Below, piece by piece: positions 29,805 through 39,520 of a stretch of 64,000 nt of DNA. The stretch is from Peptococcaceae bacterium UBA5318 (lineage in GTDB: Bacteria > Bacillota > Peptococcia > DRI-13 > UBA5318). Position 1 is the first letter of the stretch. Each line of letters begins with the position of its first letter. The stretch spans positions 73,101 to 137,100 of the forward strand of contig DHRG01000044.1 in assembly GCA_002408285.1 (NCBI GenBank). The letters run 5' to 3'. The translations under genes and the position numbers were made by a program. The notes below the pieces were generated by a model that saw nothing but the letters and a program-made list of their open reading frames with translations, did not search any database and was not told the DNA's origin.

Positions 29805-31370
29805 TCATTTATACTTTTTCAAATAGGTCCGCCATGTGATGGCCCATTTGTCCGGATCATCCAGGCCTGACTCGTCTAATTGATGACATACGCTGTTGTA
29901 AGGCGCTGCTTTAATAATTCCCGGGTTCGTATAGGCCTCTTCAAAAATCCGTTTCAAGGCTTCAATATATTCATCAATATCTTTCTTGGAGGGGGTTTCT
30001 GTAGGCTCCAATGTCATTGGCTGGGGTACGTAATAGGGATGATGGCTGGTCCAAAAGTGCATCCCAAAATCCATCATTCTTCTTTGAATGTCCCCACTGG
30101 TAACTCCCGTTTCTCTGGTGAGTTTCTCAAGGGTATATCTGACCTGTTCGATTCTCTGTTTGCCTTTGCTGTATGGAGCGTCTATACAATCTAATTCCAT
30201 AAGTTTTTTAAACAGATAGTTATTATTTAAAACCGCGACCTTGGCTGTTTCATACAGCCCTTCAGCCCCCATAGACATGATCCAGGCATACGCCTTCAAA
30301 ACAACCGGGGCGACACCGTTAAAAAGTCTTATCTTTCCTATGCTAAAGGGGTTGTTTGTTATTTCATAGTTCAGAAAGTACTTTTCCCCATTATAATCAA
30401 TGAGCGGCGCAGGCAAATACTTTTCCAGTTTTTTTACAACACCCGTAGCTCCGACAGCCGGACCGCCGCATCCGTGGGGCGTGGAAAACGTCTTGTGTAA
30501 ATTAAAAAAACACATATCAAAGCCGGCCTCCCGGGCCCGGGTAATTCCCAGCAAGCCATTCGCATTCGCTTGATCATATCCGCAAAGTCCTCCGGCTTTA
30601 TGGATCAGACCCGTAAACTCTTGGATCCTGTGGTTATAAACGCCCGTATCTTCAGGATTCGCCACGATAAAGCCGGCGGTGCGTTCACTTACCGCTTTAT
30701 TAAATTGCTCAAAATCAGGGTATCCTTCCGCATCAGGATGGATATGGATAATCTTAAAACCCTTAACTGCAGGTGCAGCCGCATCGGAAGGATGGGAATA
30801 CAGAGTCGTAATTACTTCGTTTCTCTGACCCTCTTCGCCCTTTTCCTTATGATAGGCCCTCATCATGGAGGCTATGGCAAGAATTGCCTGGCTGCCGCCC
30901 CCGGGTTGAAAGCTAAAGCGGTCCATACCGGATATTTCTCTCATAAAAAGATCGGTTTTGTACATAATTTCCAAGATTCCCTGGACTGTTTCCTCATCCT
31001 GAAGAGGATGAAGCTCCGCCATCTCAGGCATTCTTGCCAATGCGTCATTGACCTTGGGGCTGTATTTAACAGTACACGTCCCCTGCCCGATTTCAATATT
31101 CACATCGGCGCCTAATGTTTCCTGAGATAATCTGGTATAATGCCGCAGAACTCTCGGCTGGGAAATTTCCGGAAGCTTTGGCGCCGCCTTTCTTTTCATC
31201 ATATCCGGCAGAACGGATACTCCATCCCCAACCACACATACTATTTCATCTTCTGCTTGGGGCACCAGGATGCCCCGCTCGCCTTTTTGGCTCAGCTCGA
31301 ATATGACCGGTTCGTCCCATTTAGCCTGATGAAATTTTCTTGCTTGGAAACTTCTATTAATCCTTTTCAT
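29805..31370 (-). CDS. Glycine-dehydrogenase (decarboxylating) subunit 2-like PLP enzyme (GcvPB-like)
   Basis: 521 aa with the PLP-lysine context FFNLHKTFSTPHGCGGPAVG, typical of GcvPB. Longer than canonical GcvPB as I recall it. Confidence 0.8.
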   Translation of the reverse strand: MKRINRSFQARKFHQAKWDEPVIFELSQKGERGILVPQAEDEIVCVVGDGVSVLPDMMKRKAAPKLPEISQPRVLRHYTRLSQETLGADVNIEIGQGTCTVKYSPKVNDALARMPEMAELHPLQDEETVQGILEIMYKTDLFMREISGMDRFSFQPGGGSQAILAIASMMRAYHKEKGEEGQRNEVITTLYSHPSDAAAPAVKGFKIIHIHPDAEGYPDFEQFNKAVSERTAGFIVANPEDTGVYNHRIQEFTGLIHKAGGLCGYDQANANGLLGITRAREAGFDMCFFNLHKTFSTPHGCGGPAVGATGVVKKLEKYLPAPLIDYNGEKYFLNYEITNNPFSIGKIRLFNGVAPVVLKAYAWIMSMGAEGLYETAKVAVLNNNYLFKKLMELDCIDAPYSKGKQRIEQVRYTLEKLTRETGVTSGDIQRRMMDFGMHFWTSHHPYYVPQPMTLEPTETPSKKDIDEYIEALKRIFEEAYTNPGIIKAAPYNSVCHQLDESGLDDPDKWAITWRTYLKKYK

Positions 31371-31389
31371 ATTTGCTTTCCTTCCCGCC

Positions 31390-32793
31390 TCAATTGTAAA
31401 GGACTTCTTCCAAGGCTAAAATAAGCTTATCAATATCAGTTTTGGTATGGATTTCCGTGACACAATATAGAGCGCATTGCCCAAATTCCGGAAACTCTGC
31501 CGATAAGTCTTTGCCTCCAAATATATTCTTGTGGAGCAATCCCTTATTGATTTCATGCACAGTCTTGCCTGTGGAATTAAAATCCACAATAAATTCCTTA
31601 AAATTGACGGAATTAAATCGCGAACCCACAACACCCCTAATCCCGTTAAGTTTTTTTACAGCATACTGGGATTTTTGAAGTATATTCCTCCCCAGTTCTT
31701 CCATGCCTTGAGGACCCATTGTCGCAAGGTAGACGCCGGCGGTAATGCCCCAAAGGGCGGTTTGAGTACCCACATATTCCTTGGCACGTTCCCGCAGGTG
31801 TCCGAAGGAAGTCCGGTCATAAGCCACATCACCGAACCCATACTCTCCTTCTACCACTGTAGGGACTATGCCAAAAAGCCTTGAGGGAAATTCCAGCACA
31901 TACTTTTTATCATCCATTGTTGCCATAAAACCCGCTTGACCCCCTCCATAGTTCATATGGATGCCAAGGGGCTGTAAATCGCCGCAAACAATATCCGCAC
32001 CGTAGCGGACAGGGGGTTCCAGCACTCCGAGGGAGCTGGGATCGACACCTACCACACATAGCCCGGATACCTGATGCACTATTTCGGCAATCTCGCGGCC
32101 ATTCATTTCAATAAAACCTAAATAAGAAGGATTTTCAAAATAGACTGCGGCTGTTTGGGCGGATATTTTTTTTTGTAAATCCTCTAAGTCCATCAGACCT
32201 GTATTTTCATCATATTCAACAGGCACTAACGATACGTCCGGGCTGCAGTAATTTTTCATGATCAGATACTTTTCATGATCCATTGCTTCGGGAACCAAAA
32301 CTTTTTTCCGGCCTGTTATTCTGGCGGCCATTCTCACGGCTGTCGCAGCCGCCTGAGCCCCATCCATCGTCGGAACATTTACAACCTCCATGTCCACCAA
32401 TTCCGCTACCAGGCTTTGGTATTCAAACAAAGACTGGAATCTTCCAAAGTCATTGTAAGGTTCCCCGCCATACGCCGTAAGGAACTCGCCCCTTGAATTT
32501 ATTTCATCACAGATCGCCGGCACATAATGCTGCCAGCAGCCTGCTCCCAGGAAATTCAGATACTCTTGACAGGTTTTATTTTTTTTCAATAACCCTTCAA
32601 TATGCCTTCTTAATTCATATTCGGACCGAAACGCCTTGGGAATATCCAGGCTTTTTAGTAGTTTCAACTCCTGAGGAACCTCATGATGTAAATCTTCCAG
32701 ACTAGCCAATCCAATTTCTTTTAACATTTCCTGTTGGACCTCAAAAACGGAGTTCGGTATATAGGGGTGATTTTTGAAACCCTTGCTATCCAT
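31390..32793 (-). CDS. Glycine-dehydrogenase subunit 1-like protein (GcvPA-like, divergent)
   Basis: Collinear with GcvPA (YLNFLGAGCWQHYVP, GADIVCGDLQPLG). The conserved region I recall as REQHIRRxKATSNIC reads RERAKEYVGTQTALW here. Start set at ATG 32793 with a GGAGGG 7 nt upstream. Confidence 0.75.
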   Translation of the reverse strand: MDSKGFKNHPYIPNSVFEVQQEMLKEIGLASLEDLHHEVPQELKLLKSLDIPKAFRSEYELRRHIEGLLKKNKTCQEYLNFLGAGCWQHYVPAICDEINSRGEFLTAYGGEPYNDFGRFQSLFEYQSLVAELVDMEVVNVPTMDGAQAAATAVRMAARITGRKKVLVPEAMDHEKYLIMKNYCSPDVSLVPVEYDENTGLMDLEDLQKKISAQTAAVYFENPSYLGFIEMNGREIAEIVHQVSGLCVVGVDPSSLGVLEPPVRYGADIVCGDLQPLGIHMNYGGGQAGFMATMDDKKYVLEFPSRLFGIVPTVVEGEYGFGDVAYDRTSFGHLRERAKEYVGTQTALWGITAGVYLATMGPQGMEELGRNILQKSQYAVKKLNGIRGVVGSRFNSVNFKEFIVDFNSTGKTVHEINKGLLHKNIFGGKDLSAEFPEFGQCALYCVTEIHTKTDIDKLILALEEVLYN

Positions 32794-32833
32794 GTTTTTC
32801 CCTCCATTACAAATCACGCGCCCGGCCATTCCT

Positions 32834-33808
32834 TTATAATAAACGGCATGCAACAAAATGTTTTGGGACGACTTCTTTTAATTCGATATTTTCTTCGGTA
32901 CAGACATTTTGCGCCATAGGGCACCTCTGAGCAAAGCGGCAACCCGGCTTGGGATTGATCGGGCTGACCACTTCTCCTTTAATAATCTGTTTTTCTTTTT
33001 TATTGTCACGAAAATCGAGGGTGGGTATCGCCGCTAATAACGCTTTGGTGTAAGGGTGTACCGGGTTTTGAAATAATTCGTCCGAAGGAGCTGTTTCAAC
33101 ACACTGGCCTAAATACATTACCGCGATCTCATCACTGATATGTTTAACTACGCTCAAATCATGGGTGATAAACATATACGTAAAACCCATACTTTCCTGT
33201 AAATCCATCATTAAGTTTAGTATTTGCGCTTGTATGGAAACATCAAGGGCCGATACCGGCTCGTCACATACAATGAATTTAGGATCCAAAGCTAAGGCTC
33301 TGGCAATGCCGATACGCTGTCTTCTGCCTCCATCCAGCTCGTGGGGATACGTATTGACAAACCGTTCTGCCAGTCCGACAGTTTCCATTAAATCGAACAC
33401 TTTATTATCAATCTCTCTGGAGTTTTTTATCGTCTTGCATACCTTGATAGGCTCCGCGATAATCTGGCTTACTGTCATGCGGGGATTTAACGATGAAAAC
33501 GGGTCTTGAAAGATGATTTGCATTTGCTTTCTCATTTCAAGCATTTTTTTATCATCATATTGTACGATATTATGCCCGTTGAATAAAACCTCCCCGTCTG
33601 TCGGCTCGATAAGCCGGAGTATAGCCCGGCCCAGCGTGGATTTCCCGCACCCCGATTCCCCGACCACCCCTAAGGTTTGGCCTTCCTTAATGGATATATT
33701 GACGCCGTCGACGGCGTGAAGGTTGCCTTTGGGAGTCTTAAAATATTTTTTTAAATTTTTAGTTTGAATTAACGGCACACTCATTAGATTCTTCCTCTCA
33801 TCAGGCAT
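32834..33808 (-). CDS. Peptide/opine/nickel-family ABC transporter ATP-binding protein (OppF-like)
   Basis: Walker A GESGCGKST, signature-region LDGGRRQRIGIARAL, Walker B IVCDEP, and the C-terminal oligopeptide-type extension. Confidence 0.85.
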   Translation of the reverse strand: MPDERKNLMSVPLIQTKNLKKYFKTPKGNLHAVDGVNISIKEGQTLGVVGESGCGKSTLGRAILRLIEPTDGEVLFNGHNIVQYDDKKMLEMRKQMQIIFQDPFSSLNPRMTVSQIIAEPIKVCKTIKNSREIDNKVFDLMETVGLAERFVNTYPHELDGGRRQRIGIARALALDPKFIVCDEPVSALDVSIQAQILNLMMDLQESMGFTYMFITHDLSVVKHISDEIAVMYLGQCVETAPSDELFQNPVHPYTKALLAAIPTLDFRDNKKEKQIIKGEVVSPINPKPGCRFAQRCPMAQNVCTEENIELKEVVPKHFVACRLL

Positions 33809-34772
33809 ATTTAAAAAGATGGCATCTGATCATGTGATCGTTTTTGGTAACGCTTTGGGGCTTTTTTGTTTTGCAAATTTCCATACATTTCGGGCAGCGG
33901 GCATGAAACACGCAGCCTTTTGGCAGATTTGTCGGATCCGGCATCAATCCCTCAATGGGATTCAATCTTCTGGTTTTCTTTGTCATATCGGGGATGGAAC
34001 CGAATAAACCTACGGTATAAGGGTGATGATCGGCGCTTTCAAATATGTCTTTCACACTGCCTAATTCAATGATTTCTCCTGCGTACATGATCGCCACTTT
34101 ATCGCAGGTTTGGGCCACCACGCCCAAGTCGTGGGTTATTAAGATCATCGCCATATTGAATTTATCTTTAAGCCCTTTCATCAACTCCAGTACCTGGGCC
34201 TGGATTGTTACATCCAAAGCTGTGGTAGGTTCATCCGCCAATAATAACTTGGGTTCGCAGGCCAGCGCGATCGCTATAACAACCCTTTGCTTCATACCGC
34301 CTGAAAACTGGTGGGGATACTCATTTTTCCTTTCGGGCGGCAATCCTACAAGCTTAAGGATCTCATCCACTTTAGCAGATATTTGGGCTTTGCTCATTTT
34401 GTTGTTGTGCAGTTCCAAAACCTCATAGATTTGATAACCGATAGTCAAAACAGGATTCAAGCTGGTCATGGGATCCTGAAAGATCATAGACATACTGTTT
34501 CCCCTGACCAATCGCATATCGGCTTCCGATAACTTTGTAATATCATGCTCTTCAAATTGTATTCGCCCATTTTTTATCAGCCCGATTCTATCAGGAAGCA
34601 GCTTCATAATACTTAGTGCGGTCGTCGTTTTTCCCGCTCCGGTTTCACCGACCAGCCCTAAGGTTTCTCCTTTATTAACAACCAAGTCAAGGCCGTTTAC
34701 AGCATATACTGTCGCCTCATCCGTTTCATATACAACATGTAGGTCTTTGATTTCCAATAGTTTTTCTGACAT
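33801..34772 (-). CDS. Peptide/opine/nickel-family ABC transporter ATP-binding protein (OppD-like)
   Basis: Walker A GETGAGKT, signature FSGGMKQR, Walker B LLADEPTTALD. Confidence 0.85.
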   Translation of the reverse strand: MSEKLLEIKDLHVVYETDEATVYAVNGLDLVVNKGETLGLVGETGAGKTTTALSIMKLLPDRIGLIKNGRIQFEEHDITKLSEADMRLVRGNSMSMIFQDPMTSLNPVLTIGYQIYEVLELHNNKMSKAQISAKVDEILKLVGLPPERKNEYPHQFSGGMKQRVVIAIALACEPKLLLADEPTTALDVTIQAQVLELMKGLKDKFNMAMILITHDLGVVAQTCDKVAIMYAGEIIELGSVKDIFESADHHPYTVGLFGSIPDMTKKTRRLNPIEGLMPDPTNLPKGCVFHARCPKCMEICKTKKPQSVTKNDHMIRCHLFKYA

Positions 34773-34797
34773 AGTTTTACTCCTATATTCTCATTCT

Positions 34798-35694
34798 TCA
34801 ATTTTTCAACCTTGGGTCCAGCGCATCACGCAAACCATCACCAATAAGGTTTAGCGATAATACCGCCAATACGATCGCTATTCCCGGAACAACGACCAGG
34901 TACGGATAATACCTCATCTGGCTTTTACCATCCGCCAGCATAGTGCCCCATTCCGGTGTCGGCGGCTGGATCCCAAGGCCGATGAAACTTAATCCCGCAA
35001 CAACTAAGATCGTCGTCGCCATGCTTAACGTTGCCTGTACGATGATAGGTCCAATGGCATTAGGAATAATATGCCGTAATATGATCCTTCTGTCCTTTGT
35101 GCCGCACGCCCTGGCCGCCTCAATAAAATCCTGCTCCTTCACGGATAATATTGCCGAACGCACGACGCGCGCAAATTGCGGCGTTCGGGAAATACTCAAG
35201 GCAATCAGGATGTTTATCAAGCCCGTTCCTAAAGACGCCACGATCGCTATCGCGATAATGGTGGCGGGGATGGCTAAAAATACGTCCATAATACGCATGA
35301 TAATGTTATCAATCTTCCCGCCGTAATACCCTGCCGTCGCGCCGATCAAAGATCCCAATGTCAGGGCTATGGAGATCGTAAACAAACCTACGAACAACGA
35401 TATTCTGCCCCCGTAAATTATTCTGGCAAACATATCCCGGCCAAACTGGTCTGTACCAAAGGGATGGTCCCAACTGGGCCCTAAAAACATGGCTTTCATA
35501 TCCTGCGTTTCGACGTCAGCTTCATAGTCCAGGTATAGCCCTGCCGTTGAAACAATTATAATTAATATCACCAAGATAACAAAACCAAACATGGCAAGTT
35601 TATTTTTTTTGAATTTATGAAAGATTGCTTTTAACTGGCTCCGTTTTTTTACGCTTGATTTTAGATTTATAACATGTTCTGACATGTTTATCAC
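34798..35694 (-). CDS. ABC transporter permease (OppC-like)
   Basis: 298-aa 6-TM permease with an EAA-type loop (FIEAARACGTKDRRIILRHIIPN). Confidence 0.85.
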   Translation of the reverse strand: MINMSEHVINLKSSVKKRSQLKAIFHKFKKNKLAMFGFVILVILIIIVSTAGLYLDYEADVETQDMKAMFLGPSWDHPFGTDQFGRDMFARIIYGGRISLFVGLFTISIALTLGSLIGATAGYYGGKIDNIIMRIMDVFLAIPATIIAIAIVASLGTGLINILIALSISRTPQFARVVRSAILSVKEQDFIEAARACGTKDRRIILRHIIPNAIGPIIVQATLSMATTILVVAGLSFIGLGIQPPTPEWGTMLADGKSQMRYYPYLVVVPGIAIVLAVLSLNLIGDGLRDALDPRLKN

Positions 35695-36629
35695 CTACTA
35701 CCTTTTACATATTGTGACTTGATCCTGGGATCAATAAAGATGTACAAAATGTCGACAATCAAAGTAATCAGCCCCCCGATAAGCGCAATACACGTAACGG
35801 TCGCGATTAACACCGGGGTATCTTTCGCCCTGACAGCCCCTATCATTAAAGTACCCAAACCCGGTATAGCAAAAACTGCCTCGATTACAACAGCGCCTCC
35901 AAGCAAAATTCCAAAGTTTACACCTACTAATGTGATAACCGGTAACAACGCATTCCTGAGCGCGTGGATAAAAATAATCCTTTTTTCATTTCCCCCTTTA
36001 GCCTTTGCCGTCCGTATATAGTCTTGTCTGATAACTTCCAGCATGGTCGACCTGGTCATTCTGATCAAAGTCGCCATCGTCCCTGCGGCCAGCGTTATAC
36101 TTGGCATAATAAAATGCTTCATCGAATCTATTCCCGTCGCAGGCAACAGGTCTAATCGGAGCGAGAAAAAAAGGATCATCATCAAACCTAACCAGAAACC
36201 CGGGATCGACGTCAATAAAAGCGCTGCTATCAGAGTGACATTATCGATGATCGTATACTGTTTTACCGCGGATAAAACACCTATAGGTATGCCGATAAAT
36301 ACAGCCAAGGTCATACCCAAAAAGGTTAATTTCAAAGTAGTAGGAAGCCTTGAGCCCACCTCATTAGAAACAGGAAGATTATTCCTGTACGACTTACCGA
36401 AATCCCCCGTTACCGCGCCTTTAACATACGTGCCAAACCTGACAAAAAAGTTTTCATTAAGGCCCATTTCTTCTCTCAAAGCGTCTATATCCTCTTGAGC
36501 GGCGTATTCGCCCAAAATCAACCGTGCAGGGTCCCCGGGCGTGAAATCCATAATAGTAAATATAATAAACGCTACGCCGATCAAGACGGGTATCATCATT
36601 AAAAGCCTTTTTGAAATATACTTAAACAT
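35691..36629 (-). CDS. ABC transporter permease (OppB-like)
   Basis: Starts MFKYISKRLLMMIPV, a typical OppB/DppB N-terminus. ATG 36629 is preceded by GGGAGG. EAA loop YIRTAKAKGGNEKRIIFIHALRNA. Confidence 0.85.
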   Translation of the reverse strand: MFKYISKRLLMMIPVLIGVAFIIFTIMDFTPGDPARLILGEYAAQEDIDALREEMGLNENFFVRFGTYVKGAVTGDFGKSYRNNLPVSNEVGSRLPTTLKLTFLGMTLAVFIGIPIGVLSAVKQYTIIDNVTLIAALLLTSIPGFWLGLMMILFFSLRLDLLPATGIDSMKHFIMPSITLAAGTMATLIRMTRSTMLEVIRQDYIRTAKAKGGNEKRIIFIHALRNALLPVITLVGVNFGILLGGAVVIEAVFAIPGLGTLMIGAVRAKDTPVLIATVTCIALIGGLITLIVDILYIFIDPRIKSQYVKGSR

Positions 36630-36704
36630 TTTACCTCCCGTGAGGTTCAAATAGGTATATTATTCATATACCTATTTGAACTTCCATCATTTATTATATA
36701 TTAC

Positions 36705-38246
36705 TTATTCGGCCCAGGAATAATCATAACAGTACAGCTTATTGACCGGACTAGCGGCGACGCCCAGCAGATCTTTATGGGCCGCGACACGTCTTCTGCC
36801 ATTGTAGACAGGTATTAAAATGCTTTCTTCTTTCACTAATTCACAAATTTGTCTAAATACCTCATTTCTTTCAGTCCCGGTGGTAATTCTGGATTTTTCT
36901 AATAGGGCGTCCATTTCGGGTAAATTACAGAGAGCGAAATTTCCGTTTCCGTTTCTCATAGAACTATGAAAAGCGGCATATGTGGCAAAATCAGGGTCTG
37001 ACGTTGTAATCGGCATCGCCCAGAAGGTGATCTCATATTTTCCGCCCGCGATGCAATCAGCCTGCCAAGCCGCCCATTCCATTTTTTCTATGTTGGCAGT
37101 GATGCCAATTGCTTTCAACTGCTGCTGGATTATTTCAGAAGGCTTAGAATAGGTCGCTGACTCAGCCGTTTTGAAGGTTACGGTAAATCCATTGGGATAT
37201 CCGGCTTCCGCCAGTATTTGTTTGCCTTTTTCAGGATCATACGGATTTGCTTTAAAATCTTTCGGGTAGGCATCCAGTGTAGGAACCATAGCCGCCTCCA
37301 CGACTTCGCCTTCGCCGTTCAACGCTCCCAGCAGAACCGCTTCCCGGTCGATCGCATAGCTTACGGCTTCTCTGACCTTCTTGTTGCTGAATATGCCTTT
37401 CTCATTGTTAAAGGAAATCAAGTAATAACACGGCATTTCTACTTCATAATATTTTAAATTTTGATTGGCTTTTACATTAGGTACGTCCGCAATTTGCAGA
37501 ACGTCCCGTAAATCTGTTTCGCCCTTTTCCAGTGATAACACCGCTGTAGTATTATCGCTCATGATCCTGTAGGTAACATTCTTGATCGCAGCTTCGCCGC
37601 GATAATAATCGGCAAAGCTTTCAAATATCACCCTGTCCCCGCTTCTCCATTCCTTCAGCATATACGGCCCTGTTCCCACGGGATTTCGCGCAAAACCTTC
37701 CGGATCCGCTTCAACGGCTTTTTTACTTACGATCATCATGTTGCCGGATGACATACATCCTATAGCAGCCGGGAAGGGGAATTTTAACTTCAGTTTCACT
37801 GTGCTTTCATCAATTTTCTCGGCAGCCTCCATAGAACTCGTAACTTTTTTGGTTGCCGGTGCGGCAATGGAACGGTTGATCGAAAAAACAACGTCTTCCG
37901 CCGTCAACGTATCCCCGTTATGGAATTTGACATTGGGCCTGATTTTGAATGTGATTTCCTTATTATCCTCAGACACTGTCCAGCTTTCCGCAAGAGCGGG
38001 TACTAATTTTCCGTCGATCTCTTCCCGCACTAGCCCATCATAGATTTGATAATGGTATTTTTGTGATTCGCTGTCATTAGCTTTGACGGGATCCATGGAA
38101 GAAGCCTCGCCAACAATACTGTACACCAGGCTGTCTTTTTTGGCAGCATCCCCGCTGCCGTTATTAGCGGAGCCGCCGCAGCCCGGCAAAAGAAAGACTG
38201 CTATCAACGCCCAAGTCAGAACCAACATTACCCTCTTCTTTTTCAT
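36705..38246 (-). CDS. Family-5 (peptide/opine/nickel) extracellular solute-binding lipoprotein
   Basis: Lipoprotein signal (LLPGCGGS) and SBP_bac_5-type sequence, 513 aa. Confidence 0.85.
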   Translation of the reverse strand: MKKKRVMLVLTWALIAVFLLPGCGGSANNGSGDAAKKDSLVYSIVGEASSMDPVKANDSESQKYHYQIYDGLVREEIDGKLVPALAESWTVSEDNKEITFKIRPNVKFHNGDTLTAEDVVFSINRSIAAPATKKVTSSMEAAEKIDESTVKLKLKFPFPAAIGCMSSGNMMIVSKKAVEADPEGFARNPVGTGPYMLKEWRSGDRVIFESFADYYRGEAAIKNVTYRIMSDNTTAVLSLEKGETDLRDVLQIADVPNVKANQNLKYYEVEMPCYYLISFNNEKGIFSNKKVREAVSYAIDREAVLLGALNGEGEVVEAAMVPTLDAYPKDFKANPYDPEKGKQILAEAGYPNGFTVTFKTAESATYSKPSEIIQQQLKAIGITANIEKMEWAAWQADCIAGGKYEITFWAMPITTSDPDFATYAAFHSSMRNGNGNFALCNLPEMDALLEKSRITTGTERNEVFRQICELVKEESILIPVYNGRRRVAAHKDLLGVAASPVNKLYCYDYSWAE

Positions 38247-38356
38247 AAGTTTAACCTCCTAAATCATTTTTTAACGCATGCCCTGGGATAAAAAGTATAG
38301 GTTAGTTATTCCTTGCGTTCCTCCTTTCAGGTGATAATCGTTGTTCGTAAGATCAA

Positions 38357-39475
38357 TCAAAACATATGAGGCTTATCCCATAATTTCAATTTTGTGCCTA
38401 TTCCTAAGCGTAAAGCATTTTGATATATTTCATAACTCCAGGCTACATCTTCTACGGACATTCCGGACATCACAAATATTACCTTTTCTTTTTTATTGAC
38501 TCTTCCCGCCTTATTTCCCGCGACTACATCACCCAAATTGATGATGCCGTCGGCAGTCATTTCTCCAGCATCTATATAATCCAATACCCTGCCGCAGATA
38601 GAGCCAAGATAATTTTTATAACCGCCCGGCATCCCTTTATATTCATCATGCCAGGCTTCGTACATCGCCCAATTATCCACAACCAGCTTGGTATTGATAA
38701 TAAACTCTTTAGATAAATTGGCGCCGGCCGGCATTGATATCAAGACGCCGTCTTTAAGCCACTCATCTTTAATTTCAGGCTTCACGCTCCCTGATGTCGC
38801 GGTATTTACAATATCCGCATCTCTAACAGCTTCTTCAATACTGTCCACCGGATAAATATCTACGTCATACTGTTGCTTAATGATCTCGCATAGTCTTTTG
38901 GCCGAAGCGGGGAAAATATCATATACCTTCACCTGCTTGATATTTTTTAAAGACAGAAGCAGCGCCATCAAACATGTCCGGTTGATTACTCCTGCGCCTA
39001 CTAATCCAATGACCTGCGAATCTTTGTTCGCTAAATATTTGGCCCCGACCGCAGGTATGGCGCCGGTTCTCATCGAGCTGATTAAATTAGCCGACATATA
39101 GGCCAGGGGCGCTCCTGTGTCGGCGTCGTTCAAAGTCGCCATCAATATGGAGCGGGGATATCCTTTTTCACCATTAGCCCGGTTGGAACCGTACCATTTT
39201 TCTCCGCAGACATTAAAGCGTCCGCCCAAATAGGATATTAGAACCATAAACCTCCTATCCGGTCCGGCGATAGGCATATTAGGAAAGGGTGAGCTATCCG
39301 GAAATAACAATCTCATCCCGTGGGAATTCTTATTTTTTCCGCCCATTACATAATCGCCTTTACCCAACAGGTCAAACATCTCTTCCATTACCTCAATGCA
39401 TCTGTCCATATCGGTAACACCGGCTTTAAGCATATCTTCCTCCGATAAATATGTGAATTCTATTTTGGTGTCCAT
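38357..39475 (-). CDS. Ornithine cyclodeaminase / mu-crystallin family NAD(P)-dependent enzyme
   Basis: 372 aa with the Rossmann motif VIGLVGAGVINRT in the position typical of the OCD/mu-crystallin family. N-terminal substrate domain present. Confidence 0.7.
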   Translation of the reverse strand: MDTKIEFTYLSEEDMLKAGVTDMDRCIEVMEEMFDLLGKGDYVMGGKNKNSHGMRLLFPDSSPFPNMPIAGPDRRFMVLISYLGGRFNVCGEKWYGSNRANGEKGYPRSILMATLNDADTGAPLAYMSANLISSMRTGAIPAVGAKYLANKDSQVIGLVGAGVINRTCLMALLLSLKNIKQVKVYDIFPASAKRLCEIIKQQYDVDIYPVDSIEEAVRDADIVNTATSGSVKPEIKDEWLKDGVLISMPAGANLSKEFIINTKLVVDNWAMYEAWHDEYKGMPGGYKNYLGSICGRVLDYIDAGEMTADGIINLGDVVAGNKAGRVNKKEKVIFVMSGMSVEDVAWSYEIYQNALRLGIGTKLKLWDKPHMF

Positions 39476-39520
39476 CTATTCTCCCCCTTTGACAACGCAT
39501 TACTGCTGTTAATTTTTAAT

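Noticed and set aside
38247-38356. Possible second sigma-54 or internal promoter in the 110-nt gap before the solute-binding-protein gene
   Set aside because: I searched both strands for TGGCA-N7-TTGC spacing. Only GGGCATGCGTTAAAA is present, and it lacks the -12 GC. I could support no convincing -35/-10 pair either.
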